A stretch of DNA of 64,000 nt from Thermoplasmata archaeon (GTDB lineage: Archaea; Thermoplasmatota; Thermoplasmata; RBG-16-68-12; JAFNFQ01), in assembly GCA_041489255.1 (NCBI GenBank), contig JBGPQV010000001.1:288001-352000 (forward strand). Reading direction: 5' to 3'. The notes under the pieces were generated by a model, which worked only from the letters and a program-made list of their open reading frames with translations, ran no database searches and was not told the DNA's origin. Below, piece after piece: positions 38,726 to 47,353 of this stretch. Numbering within the stretch: the stretch's first letter is position 1; every line of letters starts with the position of its first letter. The translations under genes and the position numbers were made by a program.

Positions 38726-39400
38726 CTAGAGGCGCTCAAGAGCCTCTGGGAGATCAGACAGTGACAGTATCTCCAAGTCCGGTTTCTCCTCCTCCGACGT
38801 AGCTTCCTGAGGCCCGAAAATCCCCCACTTGAACCTCACCGTCTTCATCCCAAGGCGTTTGGCGGGAGTGACGTCATTGTCGATCCTGTCTCCGACCATC
38901 GCCGCCTCGGACGGCTTGCAGCCAGCCTTGTCCAGGGCCATCTTGAAAATCCTGGCATCGGGTTTCCAGAGCTGGACCTCGTCCGAGATGATGATGACGT
39001 CGAACATACGATTCCACCCGACCTTGTTCAAGAGGTCGTGGATTCCTGCCTCCTGATTCGCGATTACACCTAGCTCGTGCCGCGCTCTCACCTTCTCTAT
39101 GACCTGTTGCGACTCGAGGAACGGCGACTGCAGCTCCGGCCCCTTGCCCTCGATACGGCTCATCAGTTCCTTCATCAGAGGGTTGACGAGGCCTTCTTTT
39201 CCTGTAAAGTGCTCGATCAGGGATTTGAGGACAGGGACGCGCTTCTTCACGAGAAGATTGCGCATGTTGACGAACTCGTCCATCGTCACGTTGTAACCGC
39301 GCTCAGCGAACATGGTCAGCATCGTGCCATAGATGTAGTCGTGGAAAGGCAGGTCATCCAGCAGGGTCCCGCCAAGGTCGAAGAAAACCCAGCGAATCAT
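38726..39400 (-). CDS. HAD-superfamily hydrolase
   Basis: FDLGGTL, KPD, MVGDRIDND; start ATG 39400. Confidence 0.9.
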   Translation of the reverse strand: MIRWVFFDLGGTLLDDLPFHDYIYGTMLTMFAERGYNVTMDEFVNMRNLLVKKRVPVLKSLIEHFTGKEGLVNPLMKELMSRIEGKGPELQSPFLESQQVIEKVRARHELGVIANQEAGIHDLLNKVGWNRMFDVIIISDEVQLWKPDARIFKMALDKAGCKPSEAAMVGDRIDNDVTPAKRLGMKTVRFKWGIFGPQEATSEEEKPDLEILSLSDLPEALERL

Positions 39401-39467
39401 CGATGAGGAAGACCCGCGGTGGGCTAAAGGTTTATCTGGAATCGCCCAATCGTCATTCGGTGGTATC

Positions 39468-40628
39468 ATGGACTTCCGTTTGACTCCGGAGCAGCAGATG
39501 GTGCGAGAGATGGCGCGTGACTTCGTCGATAAGGAGGTCATGCCTCACGCGCGGGATTGGGAAGAGAAGGGCGAGATCCCTCGCTCGATAACGGACAAGA
39601 TGGCGGAACTGGGCTTCATGGGCGCGCCGACACCTATCGAATACGGCGGAGCAGGCATGGACTATGTCTCGTTCATGCTCTTGATCGAGGAGGTGGCGCG
39701 GGGCTCCTCGTCGCTCAGGACCACGATGTCAGTTCACATCTCGCTCGCGCAGTCTCACCTGCTGCAGTTCGCGACCGAGGAGCAGAAGCAGAAATGGGTG
39801 GTTCCTCTCGCGAAGGGCATCAAGCACGGGGCATGGGCCCTGACCGAGCCGAACGCGGGGAGCGACGCGGCGAACCAGCAGACCACGGCAAGGAAGGAGG
39901 GCAACCACTACATCCTGAATGGCGCGAAGCGGTTCATCTCCGACGGCGGCGTGGCGGACTACGTCATCGTGTTCGCGAGGCTGCCGGGCACACAGAAGTA
40001 CGATGGCATCTGCTCGTTCTTGATGGAAAAGGGCACACCAGGGTTCTCCGTCCCCAAAACAGAGACGAAGACGAAGCTCGGGCTAAGGGCATCGCCCACG
40101 GCTGACCTCGCCTTCGACGACTGCAAGATACCTGCCGATCACCTGATTGGAAAGGAGGGTGATGGCTGGAACCAGGCGATGTACGTCCTCAACCAGGGCA
40201 GGCTAGGCGTGGCGGCGGGCGCAGTGGGACTCGCCAGGGCGGCATTCGAGGCAGCGGTGAAGTACTCCAAGGAGAGGAAGACTTTCGGGCGGCAGATTGG
40301 GGCGTGGCAGCTGATCAAGGAGATGATCGCCGAGAGCGCCGTGGACATAGACGCCGCGAGGTTCCTCGTCCTCAGGGCTGCGCAGCAGAAGGACCTCGGC
40401 GAGGACAACACGCTGGCGGTGAGCATGGCGAAGCTGTTCGGAGCGCAGATGGCGCAGCGCGTCACGGACCGTGCGATCCAGATCCACGGCGGTTACGGAT
40501 TCAGCGGCGACTTCGAGGTCGAGAGGTACTTCAGGGACGCGAGGATACTCGGGCTGTACGAGGGAACAAACGAGATACAGAAGATAATCATCTCGGACAG
40601 GATACTGGGACCATTGGAGAGGAAGTAG
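39468..40628 (+). CDS. Acyl-CoA dehydrogenase
   Basis: ALTEPNAGSD, LNGAKRFI, KLGLRAS, R.TFG, IQIHGGYG, YEGTNEIQ. Confidence 0.95.
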   Translation: MDFRLTPEQQMVREMARDFVDKEVMPHARDWEEKGEIPRSITDKMAELGFMGAPTPIEYGGAGMDYVSFMLLIEEVARGSSSLRTTMSVHISLAQSHLLQFATEEQKQKWVVPLAKGIKHGAWALTEPNAGSDAANQQTTARKEGNHYILNGAKRFISDGGVADYVIVFARLPGTQKYDGICSFLMEKGTPGFSVPKTETKTKLGLRASPTADLAFDDCKIPADHLIGKEGDGWNQAMYVLNQGRLGVAAGAVGLARAAFEAAVKYSKERKTFGRQIGAWQLIKEMIAESAVDIDAARFLVLRAAQQKDLGEDNTLAVSMAKLFGAQMAQRVTDRAIQIHGGYGFSGDFEVERYFRDARILGLYEGTNEIQKIIISDRILGPLERK

Positions 40629-40750
40629 CCCCGCTCACTCTTCAATGCCCGTTGCTGGATTCCCACAAGACAAGATTATTATTGACCGGCTTCCCATTAT
40701 CCTTGTCTTCTCCGCAGAAACCAGTTTATAAACCAATTGCCAATTCCCGG

Positions 40751-41389
40751 ATGCAGGCGATTTCACTGTTCAAGAGACTGATGAGCCGTACTCCGCCCGA
40801 AGAAAGGTTCTGGACATGGTTCGCCCAGAATTCCCGCGCGCTTCTAGAATCGGAAGATTTCGAAGGTCCATTATTTGACGAACTGACAGAGGAACTTGAA
40901 GGAGTAGAAGCCGGGCTCGTATGGGAGATGGGGATCCATGAGTGGGGACGTGAGATAATCATTAGTGCAGACGGCAACCGGAATTTGTTTCCAACAGTTG
41001 AGAAGATGGTCGCAGCCGCGCCACGAATCGAGGGTTGGAAGGTTGTAGCTTTTCGCCCTCGCAAGGCGCTTGACCTCACCCTCCAGATTGGCGACTTGAG
41101 CCTGAAGGCGGAGAATATATCCTATATGATGAGACCCGGCTCACCAGGAAAAGTGAGCCTTGACATCTACATCGATGACTTCAGAAAAGATGATCAGCGA
41201 TTCATAGAGCTTGCTTTCATCTTCTTGGATGCCGCATTGGGAGAATACGACATGGAGACGAAAGTTGCGGATGTCAATTTTGATTCACGACAAGGGGCTC
41301 TTCCGAACATGAACCTGCGACCTTTCGGGTATCTTCCTGTGGAATTCGATTCATTCTTCGGAAAAACGCCTGATGTCAGCAAGAGATAA
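40751..41389 (+). CDS. Hypothetical protein of bacterial type, lower GC
   Basis: FW.WF, IIISADG...FP.V...V..AP....W...AFRP, LD..LGEY; own TTTATAAA box at about 40725; start ATG 40751. Confidence 0.7.
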   Translation: MQAISLFKRLMSRTPPEERFWTWFAQNSRALLESEDFEGPLFDELTEELEGVEAGLVWEMGIHEWGREIIISADGNRNLFPTVEKMVAAAPRIEGWKVVAFRPRKALDLTLQIGDLSLKAENISYMMRPGSPGKVSLDIYIDDFRKDDQRFIELAFIFLDAALGEYDMETKVADVNFDSRQGALPNMNLRPFGYLPVEFDSFFGKTPDVSKR

Positions 41390-41435
41390 GCGCATTGGCA
41401 TGTGGTCAAACCAAGGGATGGACCTGCCTGCCATG

Positions 41436-42722
41436 TTATGGCGCGAACCTTGCGGGAGTCCTCGGGAACGGTATCGCGTCCCTGATGTGCTCCAGCCTGC
41501 AGATGAACTGTATGAGCCTCTCCATCCCCATGCCGAACCCGCTGTGCTGCACCGATCCGAACCGCCTGGTGTCCAGGTACCACTGATACCTGCCCAGGTC
41601 CTCTCCCTGATCCTTCAGGTTCTGCTCCAGGACCTTGATGTCCTGTTCCCTCTCCGACCCGCCTACCAGTTCGCCGACCGTCGGCGCGATGACGTCGAAC
41701 GCGAGCACGACCTCCGGATCGTCCTTGTCCCTCGCCTTGTAGAATGCCTGCGACACCTTCGGATAATGCGTCACGACTATCGGAACCTTCGTGTCCTTCG
41801 TGAGCTCCCTCTCCTCGAGCGTCCTGAGGTCCTGCCCCCATTCGAGACTCATCCCCGCCGTCTCCAGGATCTTCAACGCCTCGTTGTACCTCATGTGCTT
41901 GAAAGGCGCCTTCACCTGCGCGATGTCCGCAGGATCGACCGCTAGTAATCGAAGGTCGTCGGTGTTCTCCTTCACGACGCGCTGACATGCGTGCGAGATC
42001 ACGCCTTCCGCGTGCTTGATCACGTCCTCCATCCCCGCCCATGCCTCCTCCATCTCGCAGTGCCAGTACTCCGTGAGGTGCCTGGTAGTGCGCGACTTCT
42101 CCGCCCTGAACGAAGGACCGACATAGTATATCTTTCCAAGGCTCTCCACCAGCGCCTCCGCGTACAGCTGCCAAGACTGCGTCAGGTAGGCCTTCCGCCC
42201 AAAGTACTCCAGCTCGAACAACGTCGAGCCGCCCTCGCTACCCGCCGGCGTGATCATCGGCGGGTGCGCCTCGAAGTAACCCCCGTCCCGGAAGTACTCG
42301 TGCACCGCCCCGAATACCGTATGTCTCACTCGGAAAATCGCCGCCATCCTCTGCGAGCGTATCCAGAGGTGCCTCACGTCGAGGAGGAACTCCTCCGAGA
42401 GGTCCTGCTGTATCGGGAACTTCTCCGCAAACTGCTCGACCTTGAAATCCGCGACTCGCAACTCGCATCCTCCGGGCGCGCGCGTGTCCTCGGTCACCTT
42501 CCCCCGCACGATGACGGACGACTCGATGAGCGCCTTCTCGGCATCGGCGAACTCGTTCTCTGACAGGCTTCCCTTCGTGATCGCGGTCTGAATGACGCCC
42601 GTGCCGTCCCTGACCACCACGAATATCTTCCCGCCAACGGTCCTCGTGCGGAATATCCAGCCGCGGATCTCCACGTCCTCGCCGACGTGGCCGCCCTTCA
42701 GTATCTCCTTGACCGTCAACAT
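41436..42722 (-). CDS. asnS: Asparagine--tRNA ligase
   Basis: OB-fold N-terminus, RHLWIRS, EGGSTLF, YLTQSWQLY, FRAEKSRTTRHLTEYW, GELVGGSERE, GFGMG.ER. Confidence 0.93.
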   Translation of the reverse strand: MLTVKEILKGGHVGEDVEIRGWIFRTRTVGGKIFVVVRDGTGVIQTAITKGSLSENEFADAEKALIESSVIVRGKVTEDTRAPGGCELRVADFKVEQFAEKFPIQQDLSEEFLLDVRHLWIRSQRMAAIFRVRHTVFGAVHEYFRDGGYFEAHPPMITPAGSEGGSTLFELEYFGRKAYLTQSWQLYAEALVESLGKIYYVGPSFRAEKSRTTRHLTEYWHCEMEEAWAGMEDVIKHAEGVISHACQRVVKENTDDLRLLAVDPADIAQVKAPFKHMRYNEALKILETAGMSLEWGQDLRTLEERELTKDTKVPIVVTHYPKVSQAFYKARDKDDPEVVLAFDVIAPTVGELVGGSEREQDIKVLEQNLKDQGEDLGRYQWYLDTRRFGSVQHSGFGMGMERLIQFICRLEHIRDAIPFPRTPARFAP

Positions 42723-42918
42723 CGCGGCGGAAGATAATCGGCAGACTAGATAACGCTATCTTGCACGCGCTGTCTTGGACGACTGCACCCTGCTTCCGCA
42801 TTTCTTGCCGCGCAAGATAACTGATACGGATTGAACCTGAGAGAGATTGCCCGCGACTCTCGCACCTTCTGCCGATGCCAAGAGTCAGTAGATCGCCGCG
42901 CGGAACAAAGCATGAAAT

Positions 42919-43389
42919 ATGATTCATCATTCACCGCCAGCAGTGATCCGCAGAGCGAATACCGACGACGTCGAGGAACTCTACCTCCTCGAGACGATAT
43001 GCTTCAGAGAGAGGCGTTTCAAGAGAGAGCACATCCTCTGGATCCTCCACAATCCCCATGCCGCCACGTTCATCGACAGGGACGAGAAGACCCGGGGGAC
43101 CCTGATGCTCCTGGCGGAGGGCAACGTCTGCCGCGTGCTGTCCCTTGCGGTGCACCCCGCAGTCCGCATGCAGGGGATAGGGAAAGCGCTGATGGCGGTG
43201 GCGGAGGAATGGGCGATTGAGAACAAGGCGAGCGTGATGAAGCTCGAGGTCAGCACGAGCAACGTCGGGGCCATCGATTTTTATAAGAAGCTGGGCTATG
43301 AAAATGCCGGCCTGCTCGCGCATTACTACTCTTGGGGCGAGGACGCATACTCGATGAAGAGGGAGCTCGCCCAACGTGCAAAGTCTTAA
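42919..43389 (+). CDS. GNAT N-acetyltransferase (RimI-like)
   Basis: SLAVHP..R.QGIG, LEV..SN..AI.FY.KLGY, YY..GEDA. Confidence 0.88.
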   Translation: MIHHSPPAVIRRANTDDVEELYLLETICFRERRFKREHILWILHNPHAATFIDRDEKTRGTLMLLAEGNVCRVLSLAVHPAVRMQGIGKALMAVAEEWAIENKASVMKLEVSTSNVGAIDFYKKLGYENAGLLAHYYSWGEDAYSMKRELAQRAKS

Positions 43390-43423
43390 GTTTGCCAACT
43401 GGATGCCCCCGTGAAGACCAAGA

Positions 43424-43891
43424 ATGCTGCCCCTCCCTAGAAAATTCTTCGTGACGTCGGGCAAAGCCGTGAGCAAGATCTCGGACCTCAATGCTTTTGA
43501 CGAAGCCCTCCTGAATGCCGGCATGGGCGAGCAGAACCTCGTGTCGGTCTCGAGCGTCCTGCCAATCGGCGTCATGCAGGTGAGGTACAGGGAACTGCCG
43601 ATGGGCGCGATCACCCATTGCGTCCTCGCGCAGCAGCGCGGCGGGGAAGGGGAGATGATAGCGGCGGGGATAGCCTACGGCTTCAGGCAGGACGGGCTCG
43701 GCGGTTACGTCGCGGAAGGCCATATACACGGGACGAAGGAGGCGCTGAAGGAAGTCCTCGAATGGAAGATGGGGGAGATGGCGAAGCTCCGCGGGGTGCG
43801 CTTCAAGAGCCTGAACTACAAGATCGAGGAGGTCAGCATCCCAATGGACCACTACGGCGCCTGCCTGGCCGCCCTGGTGTTCCTGATCTAG
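43424..43891 (+). CDS. pdaD: Pyruvoyl-dependent arginine decarboxylase
   Basis: LNAFDEALLNAG, NLVSVSSVLP (Ser-Ser cleavage site), GYVAE. Confidence 0.9.
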   Translation: MLPLPRKFFVTSGKAVSKISDLNAFDEALLNAGMGEQNLVSVSSVLPIGVMQVRYRELPMGAITHCVLAQQRGGEGEMIAAGIAYGFRQDGLGGYVAEGHIHGTKEALKEVLEWKMGEMAKLRGVRFKSLNYKIEEVSIPMDHYGACLAALVFLI

Positions 43892-43895
43892 TGCG

Positions 43896-44363
43896 GTGGC
43901 GCCCTTGTACGGCGTCGTTGTCTGTTCGAAGTGCAAGAGAGCCAAGGGCGTGCGCATCGGGCAGAAGACAACTCTCTGTCAGTGCGGGCAAATTATCAAA
44001 CTCACCACCGCCAAGATCAAGTCCCGCACCGCTGATGCAAGGCAGCTCGCGAAGGCCGTGGGCCTCGAGAGTGCGAGATTGCGCGGTGGACGCGAGGAAT
44101 ACGAGAAAGCCGCGCAGCCACCAAGAAAGGGAAGAGGAGCCCACGGTCGAGTCGCCGACGCCGCCGAAAAAGCGGGCAACAGAGATGCGAAGGTCAGGGC
44201 TGTTGCGGTGGGACTGTCGCGGGAACTGGGCACCTTCTCCGCGAGGGATTTCGCGGTGGTGCTCGTCAGCCTCGGCATATCGAGTCCTGAAAAGCGCCTC
44301 GAGGAACTCATCGAGACCAGATTCATCTACCAGCCGAGCCCGGACCGTTACAAGGCTGTCTAG
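43896..44363 (+). CDS. Archaeal Zn-ribbon + winged-helix-like hypothetical protein
   Basis: YGVVVCSKC...CQCG; C-terminal LI..FIYQP..DRY. Confidence 0.7.
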   Translation: MAPLYGVVVCSKCKRAKGVRIGQKTTLCQCGQIIKLTTAKIKSRTADARQLAKAVGLESARLRGGREEYEKAAQPPRKGRGAHGRVADAAEKAGNRDAKVRAVAVGLSRELGTFSARDFAVVLVSLGISSPEKRLEELIETRFIYQPSPDRYKAV

Positions 44364-45091
44364 TCCTTCCTCGCGCGCGCCCTGCGCTCCTTGCGCGCCC
44401 TGCGCCTGAACTCAGGCGGCAACGTCTCCTGGAATGTGATTGAGCACGCGAAGAAGTACAATAACAGGCCGACACCGAGCGAGGCGAATATGGATAGGTA
44501 GATCAGCCATTCGGGGCCCGAGGAAAGGAGGAAAGGCACCGCCGGAATCGTGTAGACCAGCCTCGCGAACAGAGCCCTGAGCAGGTACGACCACGGAAGT
44601 CCCTTCGAGCAGCCGTAACCTATCAGCGCCCCTGTCGTCGCCTCCATCGCCGCGAAGCCGATCGAGAATAGAACCAGCAGGGTGAAGGTGAATGGGTCGG
44701 TCGTCAGGTTCGGGTTTCCCAAGCCGAAGGAGAGCACGACTGTCGCGGCAATTCCGAGCCCTAAGGCGAACCCGTAGAAGGTCGACGAGAAGTTCTGCCT
44801 GTAGCCCTTCCTGTTCAGGTACACCAACTTGAATGTCTCCTCGAACATCGCGATCGCCGCGAGCGCGATCAGGATTGACGCGAAGTCGAACCGCGGCAGG
44901 TTGAGCGAGATCAAGCTCGACAACGTGCCCATCACCAAGCCGACCGCCAGTGAGAAGAATATCCGCCTGTCGTCGAAAAGTGCCTTCTCGATGCGGGGAT
45001 ACGTGTACCTCCTCAGGCCCAACCACATCAGGACGAGCGCCGGGACGATGCCGATTGCGAACGAAGCGAGGAACAGCAGCTGGTCCGCCAT
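44360..45091 (-). CDS. PrsW-like multi-pass membrane protein (degenerate motifs)
   Basis: About 8 TMs, EETFK (EExxK); GFALGLG; expected His positions not seen; start ATG 45091. Confidence 0.6.
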   Translation of the reverse strand: MADQLLFLASFAIGIVPALVLMWLGLRRYTYPRIEKALFDDRRIFFSLAVGLVMGTLSSLISLNLPRFDFASILIALAAIAMFEETFKLVYLNRKGYRQNFSSTFYGFALGLGIAATVVLSFGLGNPNLTTDPFTFTLLVLFSIGFAAMEATTGALIGYGCSKGLPWSYLLRALFARLVYTIPAVPFLLSSGPEWLIYLSIFASLGVGLLLYFFACSITFQETLPPEFRRRARKERRARARKD

Positions 45092-45161
45092 GAGCGTGCA
45101 TCGATTCAGGCCTGCGTAGTTAAACGTTCTGAGACCAAGGGGGTTAGACTTAAGTGAGGGA

Positions 45162-47249
45162 GTGTCCTTTGAAGAGAACGACGCGAGCGCCCGAGTGCGA
45201 CAGGTGACCCGATTGCCCAAGAAGAACCCCTACCAAGTGCCCTGTCCGCTGTGCGGGGAACCCCTTGACCCCGAAGCTGCCAAGTGCAAGAACTGCGGGG
45301 CCTCGGTGCCGAAGCAGACCAGGGAAAGCCTTACCGCCCTGATGGACGGGCTGATGGTCGACGCCCAGAAGGCGCAGCGCCTCTACAACCTGGGCTACAG
45401 GAAGCCCCAGGAGCTCAGGGGAAAGGACCTCGACGAGGTGCTCTCGCAGGAGCCCAAGCTCTTCCTGTGCCCCTCCTGCGGTGCCTTCGTCCACGAGAAG
45501 GACGAGAAGTGCCAGCGCTGCGGCGCCGAGTTCGGCGGGGACGCGATGGAGATAGAGGACTTCCTCGTGCGGGAGGAGAGGCCATGCCCGCATTGCGGCG
45601 AGCCGATACATGTCGACGCCGCCATGTGTCCCGCCTGCGGCAAGCCGGTGGCCGAGCCCAAGGGCGTCAGCCTCGGCTCGACCTACATGTGCCCGTCGTG
45701 CGGCGTCACCGTCCTCGAGGGGCAGAAAGAGTGCGAGGTCTGCGGCCAGAACCTTTCGGCGACGGCCCTGATAGCGAGCAAGGCAATGGAAATCGAGGCG
45801 AAAGCCTGCCCCAAGTGCGGCGGGACACTCGACCCCGAGACAGGCATCTGCCCGTTCTGCTCGAAGGAGGAGAAAGACGAAGAGGGCATGGAGGAGATAG
45901 ACCAGTTCCTCGAGCACCTGTCAGCGCTGCCCGCGGGGAAGGGCGGCCCCAAGCCAAAGGAAGCCCCCCCACCAACGGCCAGGAAGCCCTCGATGGAGGA
46001 AATTGAGGAGCTTATAGCCCCTTACAAGGCGCCGGAGCCTGAGAAACCGCCAGAGGAGGAGATCAAAGCGGAGGCGGCGCTTGAGGAGCTGGAGGTCGAG
46101 GTCAAGTCCCTCCCCAAGGTGAAACTGCTCAAGCCGTCCTACTCGAAGCTCGTGCGGGCCCCTGCGGCATCCAGGGCCGTGATGGAATCACGCGGCATAC
46201 TCGCCGCCGCCGAGTTCATGCTCTACGCGACTGCCGTCGCCTTGTCACTGCAGTACTTCGCATCGAAGACCGGCAGCGCGGCCCTCGAATGGGCGCTGTT
46301 CATCTTCTTCGGTGCGGCCAGCGGGGCCGCGCTCGGCGCCACGGCCCTTCTTGTAGCGGACATCAGGAGAGCGATTTCCCGCTCCTTGCTTCCCCTCCTT
46401 GGAACCTTCGTGCTCCTCTCGGTGCCCCTGCACTGGTACGGCGGTGTCCCCGTTCCCTCCTACGCCGACCTTGCGTTGACCGTGGCGGGAATGGCCCTCT
46501 TCATGCCGACGGTCCTGCGGAGGCGGGGCAGGTTCGGGTGGCTCGGCGCGTGGTCCGGCGGCTCCGTAGTCGCGATGACCCTGACCCCCGCATACTCGCT
46601 GTCCGTTAATCTTGGCGGGGACCTCGTCAGCTCAGTGCTCTGGGTCTCCTCCGCCGTGCTCGTGTTCACTGGCGTGGCGATTGCGATCGAGGTTCGCCGG
46701 TCGCATCGCAGCATTGAGGTGAACCTCCGCCAGGGCGAGGAGGACTTCAGGAGACGGGACTTCACCAAGTCTGTCGAGGACTACGACAAGGCCATCGAGA
46801 TCGCAAGGAGGAGCGGGGAGGACAGCGTCGCGACGCCCTGGTACAGCAAGGGCGCGGCCCTGGTCGTCATGGGCCGATACGAGGAGGCGCTCAAGGCGAT
46901 CGACGAGGCCCTCAGAATCAACCCCAACAACGAGGTCGCCTGGGTCAACAAGGGCAACGCGCTCTCGCGCATGAACGACTATAGGGGAGCGCTCAAGGCC
47001 TTCAACGCGGCTCTGAGAGTCAACCCCCGCTACGAGGTCGCCTGGAACAACAAGGGCAACACCCTCGCCCGCCTCGGCAGGTACACGGAGGCCCTCAAGT
47101 GCTACGAGCTGGCGATCCAGATCGACTCAAAGTACAGGGGGGCCTGGGTCAACAAGGGCTACGTGCTCGCGAAGATGGGCGAGTACGACGAAGCGGCGAA
47201 ATGCGCGGAAACCGTGATGAAACTGAGCGGAGTATCGGTGCCGGCGTAG
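45162..47249 (+). CDS. Multi-zinc-ribbon / membrane / TPR protein
   Basis: Ten CxxC (five ribbons), HhH-like KAQRLYNLGY, acidic/Pro linker, about 6 TMs, 4 or more TPRs (AWxNKG). Confidence 0.85.
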   Translation: MSFEENDASARVRQVTRLPKKNPYQVPCPLCGEPLDPEAAKCKNCGASVPKQTRESLTALMDGLMVDAQKAQRLYNLGYRKPQELRGKDLDEVLSQEPKLFLCPSCGAFVHEKDEKCQRCGAEFGGDAMEIEDFLVREERPCPHCGEPIHVDAAMCPACGKPVAEPKGVSLGSTYMCPSCGVTVLEGQKECEVCGQNLSATALIASKAMEIEAKACPKCGGTLDPETGICPFCSKEEKDEEGMEEIDQFLEHLSALPAGKGGPKPKEAPPPTARKPSMEEIEELIAPYKAPEPEKPPEEEIKAEAALEELEVEVKSLPKVKLLKPSYSKLVRAPAASRAVMESRGILAAAEFMLYATAVALSLQYFASKTGSAALEWALFIFFGAASGAALGATALLVADIRRAISRSLLPLLGTFVLLSVPLHWYGGVPVPSYADLALTVAGMALFMPTVLRRRGRFGWLGAWSGGSVVAMTLTPAYSLSVNLGGDLVSSVLWVSSAVLVFTGVAIAIEVRRSHRSIEVNLRQGEEDFRRRDFTKSVEDYDKAIEIARRSGEDSVATPWYSKGAALVVMGRYEEALKAIDEALRINPNNEVAWVNKGNALSRMNDYRGALKAFNAALRVNPRYEVAWNNKGNTLARLGRYTEALKCYELAIQIDSKYRGAWVNKGYVLAKMGEYDEAAKCAETVMKLSGVSVPA

Positions 47250-47353
47250 GCAATCGGCGTCTCAATTCGAAGACTTTACCATACAAACTATAAGCCCTCG
47301 GAGACCATTAGTATACAGACAGGAAAGCTGGACGGGCGAGTACCTTTCTAGCC

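Noticed and set aside
40304-40750. Extension of ORF 40304-41389
   Set aside because: Overlaps the acyl-CoA dehydrogenase; a TATA box and ATG at 40751 define the real gene
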